A stretch of DNA of 51,743 nt, the filler included, from Bipalium vagum (Eukaryota), in the NCBI GenBank assembly GCA_037834085.1. It is 3 parts of 3 records of this genome, joined end to end, with 100 filler letters (N's around TTAATTAATTAA, not from the genome) between each part and the next. Parts side by side here need not be neighbours in the genome. Positions count along the whole stretch, not along the records: positions 15,726 to 32,948 come from JBBMKC010074186.1; positions 33,049 to 51,743 come from JBBMKC010022593.1; 1 more part is not named here. One strand, written 5' to 3'. Position numbers and translations under genes: made by a program. The notes under the pieces were generated by a model. It did no database searches, was not told the origin of the DNA, and was given only the letters and a program-made list of their open reading frames with translations. The number at the start of each line of letters is the position of its first letter. Within the stretch, counting starts at the first letter, position 1. This document shows positions 25,608-37,700 of this stretch, one piece after another.

Positions 25608-28443
25608 TACCTTTGATTGCCTAGCGTAAGCCGATGATATTGCTGTTATTGGTCCTTCTCATGAGAAATTACAAACCATGATTGACGAGCTCAGCTGCTT
25701 GACTCGGGCCATCCATCTGTATTTCCGTCCGCTTAAATGCGGATATCTATGTCAGAGTGCACCTCCGGCTCCTTTCTTTGTCCATGGGGAACCGATTCCA
25801 CCGGTGTTCCCCACCCATGTCTAATCCTATCTTGGAGTTACACATGGAGCCGACCTACGTATCTCGACCGATGAGATCCTGGAGTGGAACCTCTCGAACT
25901 TCTCACAAATTATCCTATCTAATCTTCATCCGGCTCAGACGATCTACCTCTACAAGACCTTCCTGCGTTCGCGTCTCCTCTTTCACTTTGCGAATCGGGT
26001 AGTGGATCATCTTATTCTGGCGTCGAAACAATCCCGCAAATCTCTTTATCGCGAACAACAGAAGGGTTACGATGAGCGGCTTCGGGAGATGTTCCGCCAG
26101 GTTACGGACACCGGCCACCTCTTGGCCTTCCTTTACGCTCCCTAGGGGGTTTGTGTTAACACGGGCCTTTGATGATTACCACATCGGCTTCGATACATTA
26201 CCAGCTCGGACACCATCTTTCGTACCTTTACCACCACCCACCTGCTGCTTGTGGTGAGAATACATTCACATGTCACAGCACACACGGACCTTACCATAGG
26301 TCTTTCATGGATCTCCAACCGTAATAACTTCACTTTATTCGGCCAGGCCACTTGATGGACCAAAATTCGGAAGGCCTGCAAAGCATTGAAGATGCAGGGC
26401 ATTGAATGTACCTTTATGATGACCGGCCAATCCTTGGCCCTTACCGTCATTGTCTGTACTTCTAATGAGACTCTACAGTACGTTTTTGAATTGAGACAAC
26501 ATCCATGGAGCTTCAACATTATACTGAATGACTTTCCTATAAGTCACAGGGTCTCTGGTCTCTTATTTCAGCCTGAGCCTTCTTTCCTATTTCGTACTTC
26601 ATAAGTTTCACCTTCTGCCGACCACCTGACATTTCCTTCTTAAGGCCCGTAGCAATAATCTAAGCCATAAATGCCGCCTTTTTAACCTTGTTAAAGGCCG
26701 CTTCATTCTTTGTCAGCGCTGTAATGATCACCCGGAGACAAGCCCATATACTGAACCACTACAATATCCGGCCCTTTGTGCACACAGCAAACATAAAGCT
26801 GTCTTGCATGTGACTGTCGAGTATCTCTCAGCACTCGGGTTTGATGTGGAGTGCCGATATGGTTCTACCTGAGTTACAATCGACACTCCGCCTGGACCTG
26901 GTCATTCGCCAGCCAACAGAAGCTTATTATAATTCTAGACATCAAAGTCCCTTATGACTCCGTCAAGAACTTTACCATCACCAGGGAGGGAAACGCGCCA
27001 AATATACCTCCTTTGCAGACCGTCTTGCTGCAGAAAATCGCTCGAAAGTCATTTTAGGTGTCCTCAATGTGAGCTCCTTGGATCTTGGGATATTGCAAAC
27101 GAGGCTCCTCTAAAAAATTGAGCCTCTCCAAGAATCAGAGATGTGCTGTAGTCCACAATCTCTTAACTGCGGCTGTCAGGGAGTCTTATTACACATATAT
27201 CACTTCTCCCTTAGAGACGGTACTTCACCTTGCCCAGGAATAATATTGCTTGTATATATATGTATCTATTATCTTATCATTATTTTCCAACTTATTATTA
27301 TTATTCTCTTTATACTCTGAATCCTCAATCTTATTACAATCTCGTCTTCGTGCACAGTTCCTTTCTTAATATCTCCCATGATTTTTGTAATCTCAACTTT
27401 CAATCGTATGTGTTTATATGTGTTCTCTATATATATTAAAAAAATCAACATTTATTTTATATAACACTTTACTGCCGTCTTCTTCGCTTATTTTCTAATA
27501 TTCTAGTTTCTTTAATATTGTCTTGTTCATCATCTAATTGTTTCCTGTGTTCTTTCTTGTCATCATCGGCCCGGTGTGTTGAACTTAATATAAAACAGCA
27601 ATATATATGTTTCCTTTTTCTGTCTTTCTTCGGTCTCGTTGTTCTTCTTTCCCCAGTACTGCAGAAAAAACCCAAACATAGAAAACAAAACTTATCTGAG
27701 TCTAAAGAGTGTATTCCCTGACTCTCTCCACACATCACCAATTCGTTTATTCCGAGAAAACAACCATATGCCTTACGTTAAATAATAAATATCACAGAAA
27801 CAGGACAACAACCACAAAAAGACGTTAAAAATTCTTTCTCTGAATTTACAAAGGGTATTGGAAAATGTGCAGGGTTCTCAAAAATTACCCCCTCAGGAAA
27901 ATTAAAATTACTTTTTATTAAAAATTTTATACAATTCTACCCTTCACCATAAAAAGATATCTCTTTAACACTTTAAAAATAAAAGATGTAGCTATACCAT
28001 ATAATGTTTCCTAATTCTTATTTTCTTTTTGCCATCAAACTATTGAGCCTTAGTATTTCAGGCTACTCAGGCGATAAGAGTTAGGAATAAGTAACATTCC
28101 TTGGGAGATTATATCATCCAATATACCGTGAGCAGCGGATATTGAACTGTTTCATCAACCTTGGTTTGTTCGTGAGATCTTTATGTATCATTTTTGTTCA
28201 CGTCCGCTGAGTCTTGGGATGTCAAACTACTCATGACATATTATGATCTCGGTGTAAAAATTATCATGAGCCTAGATAATTTTACGTGGGAAAGTTATAA
28301 ATAGAATAAAAAATAAAAATTTTTAAAAATTGAAAGATTATTTAGACAGTTGAATTATTTTTTAAAAATAAGGTAAATAAGAAAGCTTTTTTATGGAGTA
28401 TAATTTAAAGTTAAATTTAGAGCATTTTAAGAAATTTAAGGTA

Positions 28444-29601
28444 CAGTTAAACCTGCATAAATGAACACCTTTGTTAGCTGAACACCTCTTTTTTTTGAAC
28501 ATTTAATTCCGTACACTGTAAATATAAGTTATTATCACCTGTGTTAATTGAAAACTTGTGTACTTTAAAATTTGAACACTTTTTAAAAATTTTGTTTAAA
28601 TAATAAAAAATGACATAAATTTCAATTTAAATTAAAACTATATTTACTATGCACTTAAGTATTTTAGAGAAAATAAAATGTCACCATGATTTGAAGAACG
28701 GTTTGTCCGTACGAGCTGTTGCTAAGAAATTTATAATCTCAAGGCACTGCATCTAGTTTGAAAAATGTAGGGGACGAAATAACAAATAAAATTAACAGAA
28801 ATGAGTCATAAAATAAAAGTGGTTAAAAGTTTATCAGTCCATAATTTTAAAGCTTCAAATGGATGGCTTCAAGCTTTTCGAAATAGGCATACTATATGTT
28901 TTCGAGCACTCTGTGGTGAAAGTGCAAATCTAGACCGAAAAATTGTCCAAAACTGGAAACACTGCTTGCCAAATATTACACATGGGTATAAACCATGCAA
29001 CATTTGAAATGTAGACGAAACAGGATTGTTTTGGCATGGATTACCCCAGAAAGCCTTATCTTAAAAGGAAAAAAAGCAAAAGGAGGTAAATTAGCAAAAG
29101 GAGGTAAATTAGCAAAAGGAGGTAAATTAGCAAAAGAGCGGATTACTATTTGCTTACTTTGTACTTCCACCGGGGAAAAATTTAAGCCTTTAATAATTGA
29201 GATGAACCAAGCTTGCAAATAAAATCATCAATGACTAATGCAATAAGATGTCTAAAAATCTTATCCGATTATATAATTTTTAATGACTTGGATTCAGCAA
29301 TACATTCTTTATCTGAATTACAACAAATAATATTATCTAAAAAGATAACTGTATTGAAAACAACCATCATTGATCAAAGAATAAATGTTTACATATTCGT
29401 TATTTAATTTTGTAGTACTTTAAGTTTTTAAATTTAATTACCTTACTTTTATTTTTCAAAAACCTTGTAAAATTGAACAAAAGTGTAAACAGATGTGTAA
29501 TGTAACCTGTTAAACTTGAACACCTTGATTATCTGAACACCTCTCTAATTTTAACTTTTCAGCAAGGACACTATGGTGTTCAATTTAAGCAGGTTTTACT
29601 G
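28444..29601 (+). mobile_element. Tigger/pogo element, internally deleted, both TIRs present
   Basis: TA+cagttaaacctgc..gaacacc and ggtgttcaatttaagcaggttttactg+TA; FKASNGWL..LCGESA; NVDETGLF; GGKLAKERIT. Confidence 0.92.
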
Positions 29602-30989
29602 TAATTAGAAGTTTGCAGTTATTAGTTATTATACAATTTTTAATTAAAGTTTAAATTATTAACTATTGTTTATTACATATTTATTATGTTTTAGAGTTTT
29701 AGATATTAATACTATTTAGGAAATTTGAATTTATGCTAAAGTTGCGATTTATTTATTGGATAAAATTTAGTTATATAAATTAGTATTTTTTATTTTTTAA
29801 AGTTATTTTTATGAAGTTATTAATTTAATATATTGAGATTAATTATTAATAGATTAAAAGCAATTTTTAAGGTAATTAGATTAATATAATAATAATTTAT
29901 TTATATGTATATAAGGGTTTATTTGATTTTATGTTTATGAGAGATAAGTTATTCTTGAGTTAAAAGCAATATTTAAAGCCAATTAAAATTACATTATAAA
30001 GATGTCAATTTTACATGAAAGTTGCCCATTGAGTTACCAAAGAAATAAAATTATAGATATAAAATTACAAATAGAAAGTACAATGAAAAACCCGCAATCT
30101 CCATTTCTGAATTGCTGAGGCAAAACTTTTTTGGAGGATGCTGGGCTCCAGTCTGAGATTTTGTTGAGGAATACTGAGATATTTTATGACTTTCGTTAAT
30201 TGTAGACCCCTCTCACCATAGTGACAGTTTCCTGTCATGGGATCCAGCAGATATGCAGCACCAGAAGATCTGTCGACCAGAAAAATCAACCAGTGCTACG
30301 CATTCCAGTGCACAGGCCAGACTATTTTTTGCCATTTAAATAGACTAGCAAAGGGGAATAGACGATAGAATTCTCCTAGCTTTTTATTTATTAAAGCTGT
30401 GGCCGGTCTGGGTTGAATGTAGGTGATGTTGTTAACATCTTCTAAGTTTGCCCGGATGAAGATCTCTATCGCCCTCCCTACTAGTCATTCCATATTATTA
30501 TATGCTTCCGTAACTGCCATTTCTAGTAGGGGAGCAGTAGGCTTGCTAGTGGGTGCATCCTGATGCGATTCCAAGTGATGGAAGAACACATCTCTCTTTA
30601 GAATCATCCCACATAGGCACTGATACATTGATTGAGTGCGAATTGATGAAAATTAATCATGTTTTTATCATTATTAATGCTTTTTCGTGTCCTGACTTGA
30701 TACTCTTTAGTGCATTTAGCGCATCGCAACTTGAGTTTTGATATCATTTTAGCCACGACGTCGTTCTCGCCTCCTCAGGCGAAGAATTCAATCCACACAA
30801 GAGGAGTTTGACGATCCATCGGATATTAAGTCAAGAGATCTTTCGAAATCCTTCTCAAAGATCCAGGATAGGTTACCATCGGATAGGATCTTTGGACCTT
30901 TGACATGATCTTCCAGATTACCCTGTCCTATAGTCGTTCACCTTTTCGAACTACCAGTATTTCGGTTGTTGACCGCTCCGCTGGTTTCA

Positions 30990-31155
30990 GAGGAATTTTT
31001 CTTCCTTTTTACGGGACTCCCGAATGCGCCAAGTGTGGCAACCCCATCGGTATCGGACTTTATTTTTGTCCCTTTTACAGGACTACCGAATTGACCTTTT
31101 ACGATACCTCCATCGGTATCGGAGTTTGGTGTCGTCCGTTTTACGGGAATACCGA
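30990..31155 (-). repeat. 66-bp coding tandem repeat (22-aa unit G(S/I)PVK..SDTDG..)
   Basis: ORF 30938-31198: GIPVKRTTPNSDTDGGIVKGQF GSPVKGTKIKSDTDGVATLGAF GSPVKRKK. Confidence 0.85.
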
Positions 31156-31337
31156 CTTTTTTGTCTCTCTCGGTGTTGGAGATTGATGGATTAATCATTA
31201 ATTGGATTATTATTATTTACCTGTTTAGTAAGTGAGTATGGAATTCGCTTTTCGCCTTCTGTCTATTAGGTTTACTATATAGTTATAATTAATTATCTCA
31301 AAGTTGGCACTATTTAAAGAATTCAAAAAGGTACCTG

Positions 31338-31339
<2 letters not shown>

Positions 31340-31392
<53 letters not shown>
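31340..31392. repeat. (TTA)n microsatellite (poly-Asn on the minus strand of the element)
   Basis: Direct reading. Confidence 0.9.
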
Positions 31393-31393
<1 letters not shown>

Positions 31394-32449
31394 TTAATGG
31401 TACTATTTTCAATTTTTTCTTTATTTATCTTATTATCGCTGTTATTCAGAAGTTTATTATTATCCTTATTATTAGTGATTTCAGTATTATTATAGGTAAT
31501 TTTATTTGATATTTTTGAGTTATTATTTCTTAGTTTATTGATAACCAGTGAGTAATCTAAGACCTCATTTTTAAATTTTGAGTCTATTAATTATATATTT
31601 TTTATAATCAGAGTGCCGTAGGGTCTTGATCTTTGGTGGAGGTATGGATTAGTTACTGTGGGTAGCGGAGGGGGAGGAAAGTTCGGGTTAAAAATAGGAG
31701 CTAAACCAGGGTCGGTTGGATATTGTAGTAAAAGTTAGGATTATTATTATGAGGAATCACAGGATAAACAGAGTGAAGATTATGATAAGGGGGAAAGTAG
31801 AAAAAAGAAGGATAAAGATCTGTACTATAATTATTATTTAGGTTCCTATTAAGTGATTTTAAAGAAAAAAAGCTATTCCTGTGATTATGCATTACTGTGC
31901 TATATTTTGGCCTTAGAATTTTACTGAAAATATTATATTTATTTGAATAATTATTTAGTACATTAATTAAGTTTAGATACAAGATATGAAAAATGAAAAT
32001 AAAACCATCACGGTATCCATCCTCAGATCCACACAGGGCTCATTCTGAAGTGGCTGGGCTTTGGATCCATGGTCAATCGGGAGGGAATAAGTGCTCATTG
32101 GGGGTGCTCATTTACTGAGAGTAATAGATCCTGGGCATTACTGCAGGACCAAGACTGGACTATCACTGGATTATGTCCTTATATCCCTTTATTGTGGTTT
32201 GAGTTTGGTGTTTTTCCTGTCCATCATTGGTAGGTATCGACTGCAATGGGGGCAGAGATCAATTTACTCTCGATGGTGCACAGAGTGATTTGGCCCGACC
32301 CCTAACGTGCATTAAATTTTATATTTAGTGTCGTTTTGGACTCCAGGATCCGTCACACTGCCATCACCTAGATACTATGTGAATATGTCACTTATTCATT
32401 TGACATAATTGTCTCTACCGATGTACTTGATACAGATGTATGTGTATAT

Positions 32450-32700
32450 GAAAAATAAAAAATTTATTTATAAAACAAAAGATCAAGATCAATACGAGGG
32501 GCCCTACGAAATCAAAAGAAAATCCATGACAGATACGAATAGGAAGAAAGTTGTTAGAAATATTGAAAAGATCAAGAAATTCTTTAAAAAAAGGGGGATG
32601 TGAGGATAAAAAAGTTCAAAATAATTTTAATTTGTTTAAATAACTTATTATTTAAACTTCTTAATTAATTTACTTAAATAATTGTTTTATTCAAATAAAT
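32450..32700 (+). mobile_element. Ty3/gypsy 3' end: integrase GPY tail, polypurine tract, start of 3' LTR
   Basis: KDQDQYEGPYEIK..RNIEKIKKF; aaaaaaaggggga followed by TGT at 32599. Confidence 0.75.
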
Positions 32701-32745
32701 AATTTGATGAGTCTTCATAACTTGTCAATCAATATTTATGTAACT

Positions 32746-32948
32746 ATACTCATGGAAAAAAGTAAAAAGCACCCTAAAATTCTAAATAATTGTTAATAAA
32801 TTAAAAAATTTCTATACTATTTTTTATTGTTTAAATTTTTCAAATCTATTTACTTATAAGGTAAATTAATTAAAAATATATCAATAATATTTAAATCATT
32901 ATTTCATAGCTATTTTTCAATGACAAGATCAAAAGGTACCCCTGAATT
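32746..32948 (+). mobile_element. Tc1-like left end cut by the contig gap
   Basis: tatactcatggaaaaaagtaaaaagcacc TIR-like start; MTRSKGTPE runs into the Ns. Confidence 0.4.
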
Positions 32949-33048
32949 NNNNNNNNNNNNNNNNNNNNNNNNNNNNNNNNNNNNNNNNNNNNTTAATTAA
33001 TTAANNNNNNNNNNNNNNNNNNNNNNNNNNNNNNNNNNNNNNNNNNNN
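32949..33048. other. Artificial assembly linker (N44-TTAATTAATTAA-N44)
   Basis: Same 100-nt cassette as 15626-15725. Confidence 0.98.
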
Positions 33049-33479
33049 TGAAGCTGATGATGATAATGATGAACCAAGCTTGCAAATAAAACCATCAATG
33101 ACTAATGCAATGGGATGTCTAAAAACCTTATCCGATTACATAATTTTTAATGACTTGGATTCAGCAATACCTTCTTTATCTGAATTATAACGAATAATAT
33201 TATCTAAAAAGAAAACTGTATTGAAAACAACCACCATTGATCAATATTTTAATGAAGAATCAATGTTTACATATTTGTTATTTAATTTTTTACTACTTTA
33301 AGTTGTTAAATTTAATTACCTCATTTTTATTTTTCAAAAACGTTGTAAAATTGAACAAAAGTGTAAACAGATGTGTAATGTAACCTGTTTAACTTGAACA
33401 CCTTGAATATCTGAACACCTCTCTAATTTGAACTTTTCAGCAAGGACACTGTGGTGTTCAATTTAAGCAGGTTTCACTG
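33049..33479 (+). mobile_element. Right end of a second copy of the 28444-29601 Tigger
   Basis: Closely matches 29200-29601, including the TIR ggtgttcaatttaagcaggtttcactg+TA. Confidence 0.92.
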
Positions 33480-33534
33480 TAGTTATTATTTGTTGAAAAA
33501 AAAACAAAGTCACATTTCAAATGTAATATCTTAT

Positions 33535-33910
33535 TTAAAGATTCAATCAATGTTCTTTGTTTCAGTGTCGGCTGCTAAGTAATTCTGATTTTTCTTCAAA
33601 CTTTAGAAAATTGCTTAGGAGGTTTTCGTCAGCTCCTGCAATAATCTCCTAATATTATCAAGATAATCAATAACTTTTTTTACTTGGAATATGCACTAGT
33701 TCATTGACAGATTCCTCCTCATCTGAAGATAAATTATTCGTTGATTTATCAATTCCAACAATCTCTACCGTATTCAGCTCCTCTCAAATGTCTATATCAC
33801 CATCAAGGCACACATATTCGTCGGCTGATAACGGAGATTCCCAAACGCATCGGGAGATTTAGATTCACCGATTGCAGTAAGTTTCTTTTTAACGTTACCA
33901 GTCGCATTGC
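33535..33910 (-). mobile_element. Tigger-type transposase acidic C-terminal remnant (different family)
   Basis: ADEYVCLDGDI..EELNTVEIV..SSDEEES..IPSKK..DYLDNIRR..KQRTL. Confidence 0.55.
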
Positions 33911-34281
33911 AACAGCAAATCGTACTTTTCAATTTTATTTCTCTTCTATATTTATATTATATTTCTTTAATTTTTTCATCGGTTATATTATTTTATATTT
34001 TATTTATATTTATTTATATTTTATTTTATTTATATTTTATTTTATTTATATTTTATTTATATTTTATTATTTTTAGATTTTATTTATATTTTTAAGTTTA
34101 ATTTTTTATTCGTTTTTGTTACGAAATTTATTATTTATTATTTTCATTAAATAATAACCACTTTTAATATGAAATTCAGAACGTGACTCAAAAAAAATTG
34201 TGTGACTTTTTTGTAAAATATAAAACAACAAGACTGGGAGTCAGAGATCAATTTTATTTCAAAGGGTTTTATTTATTTCCA

Positions 34282-34905
34282 TCACCTCACCAGCTTACAG
34301 ACCTCTTCAATTGGCTTGTGAGAACTGCAAACGATGAATCGTCTTTGGTTGCATGGCAGGGTATTCCACTTTCCTTTCCAGTCTCTGGAGACCTCGACGC
34401 ACCTTTCTTTCTTCTTCGGAGATACCGGTTTCGGATTGCCGTAGCCCCAATTTCTGAAAAATAATATTTGTGAAATAACTTCCTTTACTTCAAATGGTGT
34501 CATACAAGAAGTTAACTTTCTCTCCATCGCTGTCTCTGTAGTCTCCTGGTGTCTCTATGTCATTGACATCAATCCAAAAGTCTCTTAAGCCTTTTTTCGC
34601 AACCGCCAAATGCGCGACATCCTGACCATTTATAAAATCATTTCTACTATATCTGAATCAAATTTACATTGGCTGTCTGATTGGTGATCTTGAGAAGCTT
34701 CCATCCTCTCATCTTACAAAACTTGATAGCGTCGCAGAAAGTACCCTTGTCCTTATGGATTTGAAGATCTTTCTCTGACCAACCTGTTTGAAAATGAGTG
34801 ACAATATCAAATTAACAATGCCAGTAGACATTTGTTAAAACTACCATTGATCATGGGCACCATCGTCACCACCGCCAATATTGAAAACATAACGATCATT
34901 GTCAT
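34282..34905 (-). CDS. Secreted single-domain C-type lectin; complement(join(34282..34453,34506..34621,34668..34783,34845..34905)), 154 aa
   Basis: Signal peptide MTMIVMFSILAVVTMVPMING; TFCDAIKFCKMRGWKL; FWIDVND; NWGYGNPK..ERCVE..GKWNTLPC..RFIVC; three GT-AG introns (61, 46, 52 nt) keep frame; AATAAA after the stop. Confidence 0.93.
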
Positions 34906-34935
34906 TTTTACATTTCTCCAGATCTTCTACTATCC

Positions 34936-34942
34936 TTTTATA
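34936..34942 (-). promoter_or_regulatory. TATA box of the C-type lectin gene
   Basis: TATAAAA starting 37 nt upstream of the ATG. Confidence 0.6.
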
Positions 34943-35315
34943 TTGATCCTATCAGAAGTCCCAACACCATCTGGTCTCGGACTTGAAGCAATAACGTTAC
35001 TAAAACATTGCAAGGGTTGTTGACATTGGAGTCAGGAATTAATTAAGTTAAAAGCTTTCGCAAACAAGGACGTCCAAAATCCATTATTATTAATATTTAT
35101 TTTACTTCATTTTTATTATTTATTATTTTTTCACAAAAATAAATAATTTCATTTATAATGGAGAAATCACTTACACTATTAAAAAAAAATTTGTGAAATA
35201 ATGGAATTTTTAATTTTTTTTAAATAAATTAAGAAATATTTTTTTGAATAAATTAATTTAAGTAAATATTTTATAATAATTTTATTTTTATTATAAATTA
35301 TTATTCCATAATTTT

Positions 35316-35352
<37 letters not shown>

Positions 35353-35399
35353 CGGGTGCGTGGTATAATCGCGGATTATTTTGAATCAGTCAACCAAAT

Positions 35400-35820
35400 C
35401 AAACAGAAAATAAGCTCTGTCTATTTGTTGATATTTTTGTATTGATTGGAATTTGATATATAATTGATTAAAAATTTTTTTATAGATTTCATATTTTAGA
35501 TGAACATAAACCTGTGCATATTTTTCAGTGTACACATCTCCAAAATGGTACATTTTCCCGATTCTGTGTATTAAATACAAAAACCTTCATGTAATACTTT
35601 CTTGCCTCCGCGAGATGTTTTTACAATACGTCGTTTCATGAGAAATGCAATTTTACAAGAAGAAATGTGATTATTCCAAAAATGCTTATGATGTCATGTC
35701 CATGTGTCATATTTTTAATGTGATAAATTATCTGTGTAACGAATTTCCTTTTGGTAAATAAAAGTGTGACAAAATATCAATGTGACAATAAATTTATGAC
35801 GAAATGTCAGTGAACTATTT
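35400..35820 (-). mobile_element. MULE-like remnant with FLYWCH zinc finger and TIR-like end
   Basis: LHEGFLYLIHRIGK..FWRCVH*KICTG (frameshifted); gttcactgacatttcgtcat terminus with short internal repeats. Confidence 0.55.
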
Positions 35821-35839
35821 TAACCCCAGGTAATCTTTT

Positions 35840-36550
35840 ACTATCTTCTGGTGACATTAAATAGCAGCATGGGGATTTCTTTCTTTGATATCTTGAGGAT
35901 GTGGTCCTATTACCTTTCGAAGGCTTTCTAATTCCACAATCTTCTTATAAAATATTTTTGCTTTTTTATTTGCTTTCTTCATTTTCAATTTATCTTCACT
36001 TTAATCCATGGTTTTGTGTTGGACCAATAATAATTGATCACACAGTTTCATTGATTTATTATCGAGGCTATAAAACAGTTGAAATGGGATGTTTTACCCC
36101 GCCTGCCATACTCTCCAGACATTGGTCCGTCGGATGATCATTTATTTCATTCGATGGCATATGGTCTGTCAGAGCACAGCTTTATGACTTATGAGGATGT
36201 AAAAAAAATGGCTAGACCAGTGGATTGCCTCTTAATCAAATAATTTTTTCTATGATGGCATACATAAACATTGGGAAAACGTTGTCATGAGCGAAGGAAA
36301 TTATTTTTCATAAAAATCTTTTATAAATTTTCATTGGTTGTTTTTTATTTATTTTATTTTAAATAAGGGTAAAAACGACGGAGTTATATTTGTAGACCTA
36401 ATAATTGATTGAGTTCATTTTGTGAGAATGGCATTTGTTAATTTTAATAATCACCGTTTTCTTGCTTATCCTCTTTTGTATCAGTATTTTATTGGTAACG
36501 TATTGTTGATTGAAACGTGGGCACGGGACACTGTTGACGTTATCTTAGTG
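35840..36550 (-). mobile_element. Fragment of the same non-LTR family as 38340-40200
   Basis: 35845-36065 and 36415-36550 match 39085-39445 (ctggtgacattaaatagc.., gcacgggacac..gacgttatcttag). Confidence 0.75.
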
Positions 36551-36760
36551 CAGAAGATTTTTTTACCATGTTCATGAGCTTAAACATTTAAGAAAATATC
36601 AGTTCTAACGATGAAGTTGACACTGAAAATGAATTATACCAATTAGGAGATGCTTAACAAAGTGAATTGATTTTGAAGACCGTTGCTAAGGTTTGCTTTT
36701 TACTTGACATTGAAATTATCACATTTCATCAAAATATTACTGTTTTTTCATCACTTTTAA

Positions 36761-37700
36761 TCAGTTTGGGACAAGTATATAGAGCCCCGCAATATTATCA
36801 TGGAGAAAGCAGTTTCCGTTCCCTTCCAGTGACCATGATAGACAGAACAGATTTTCGTTGCAGAGCGCTGCACATTCTACCAAAGAACCTGCTTGCATCT
36901 TTTGAGAATGAGTTTTATTTTTCTTTGCACTGTTTGATCGTGCAATAAAGTCTGAGACATTTTCGTTAGAAAGAAACATTAATAGAAATGCTCACAATTG
37001 GATCCCATTGACTTTTGAAACGGATGACCATAAACATCGAATTCACATACCATGATGGAATATTTAGCATAGTTCTTTGACATAACCAGAGTTCTTGCAA
37101 TCTGAAAACAAAGGAATTAACTCTTCTTAACTTCAAAATAAATAATAAGTGCCAGTCTCGTAAAATTGAACTGAGTTTTCATTTCTCCTTCCGGTGGAGG
37201 TCCGCAATAATAAAAGAGAAAGGAAAATGGTGACAGTTTCGAAGAAAACGTTTTCTGTCCATCATAGCTGGCGTAAAATGAGAGAGAGTTTGTATGACGT
37301 TCTAATACATTATTTATAAGGAAAATTATATAAAAGTGTCCAACCCGCTTTCACCCGATTGTATAATCTAAATTTCCTGATGACGTACACATTGCCAAGA
37401 TCAATCAGCCACCATTTGATTTTATTCAGTCCTTTACTTTCATGACAAGAATCTGTGTAAATGAAATAACACTGTCATTCTCAACCAAAAAATATTACTC
37501 TTTCGCATCTCGTTATCGTAATTTCCGTCCACTGCAAGAGATAAATACCATTGATTGTAAAAGTTTGCAGAGTTTGTAAACTTCTTCCGCGATATCAGAA
37601 CATCTAAACCAAATCAATGATTAAAATTACTTTAATGGTTCTTGGTAACTTTAGAGGCTGTATTCGTTAAAATCAGATAAATAAAATATGCGAGTTTAAT
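36761..37700 (-). pseudogene. F-type lectin + PAN/apple gene, copy 1; exons 2-6 open, start codon ATG>ATT and first donor GT>TT
   Basis: Colinear with copy 2: LAVDGNYDN, SCHES..WWLIDLG..LYNR, MVCEFDVYG, SLVECAALCNENLFCLSW; exon 1 reads att aaa ctc gca..tct aaa g|ttacca. Confidence 0.75.

Larger units (their letters stand above)
23005..27445 (+). mobile_element. R2-superfamily (RLE) non-LTR retrotransposon, decayed, split by a Tc1 insertion
   Basis: RT motifs CFLDVAEAIPSLPH, EVKQSCPLS, LA*ADD (YADD), FRPLKCG; CCHC-like CQRC..ET..LNH; RLE PDLV..IILDIKVPYD; U-rich 3' UTR ending in a short A-run. Confidence 0.9.
30065..32375 (-). mobile_element. 5' portion of a non-LTR (NeSL/R2-like) element: GC-rich leader, Asn-rich region, zinc-finger remnants, Ulp1-like (C48) protease; RT not present
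   Basis: E*LVGRAIEIFI..KIVWPVHWNA*HWLIFLVDR..YLLDP (C48 His/Asp motifs); RCAKC and YQCLCG..HHLESH fingers upstream. Confidence 0.65.

Noticed and set aside
31304-31495. Poly-Leu membrane-like ORF
   Set aside because: Translation of a (TTA)n microsatellite
32320-32360. HDV-like P3/L3 (gga-tcctggag-tcc) on the minus strand
   Set aside because: No matching P1 or GG for P1.1; kept only as a generic structured leader
33741-34095. Phe/Ile/Tyr-rich ORFs
   Set aside because: Low-complexity T-rich DNA and antisense of a Tigger remnant
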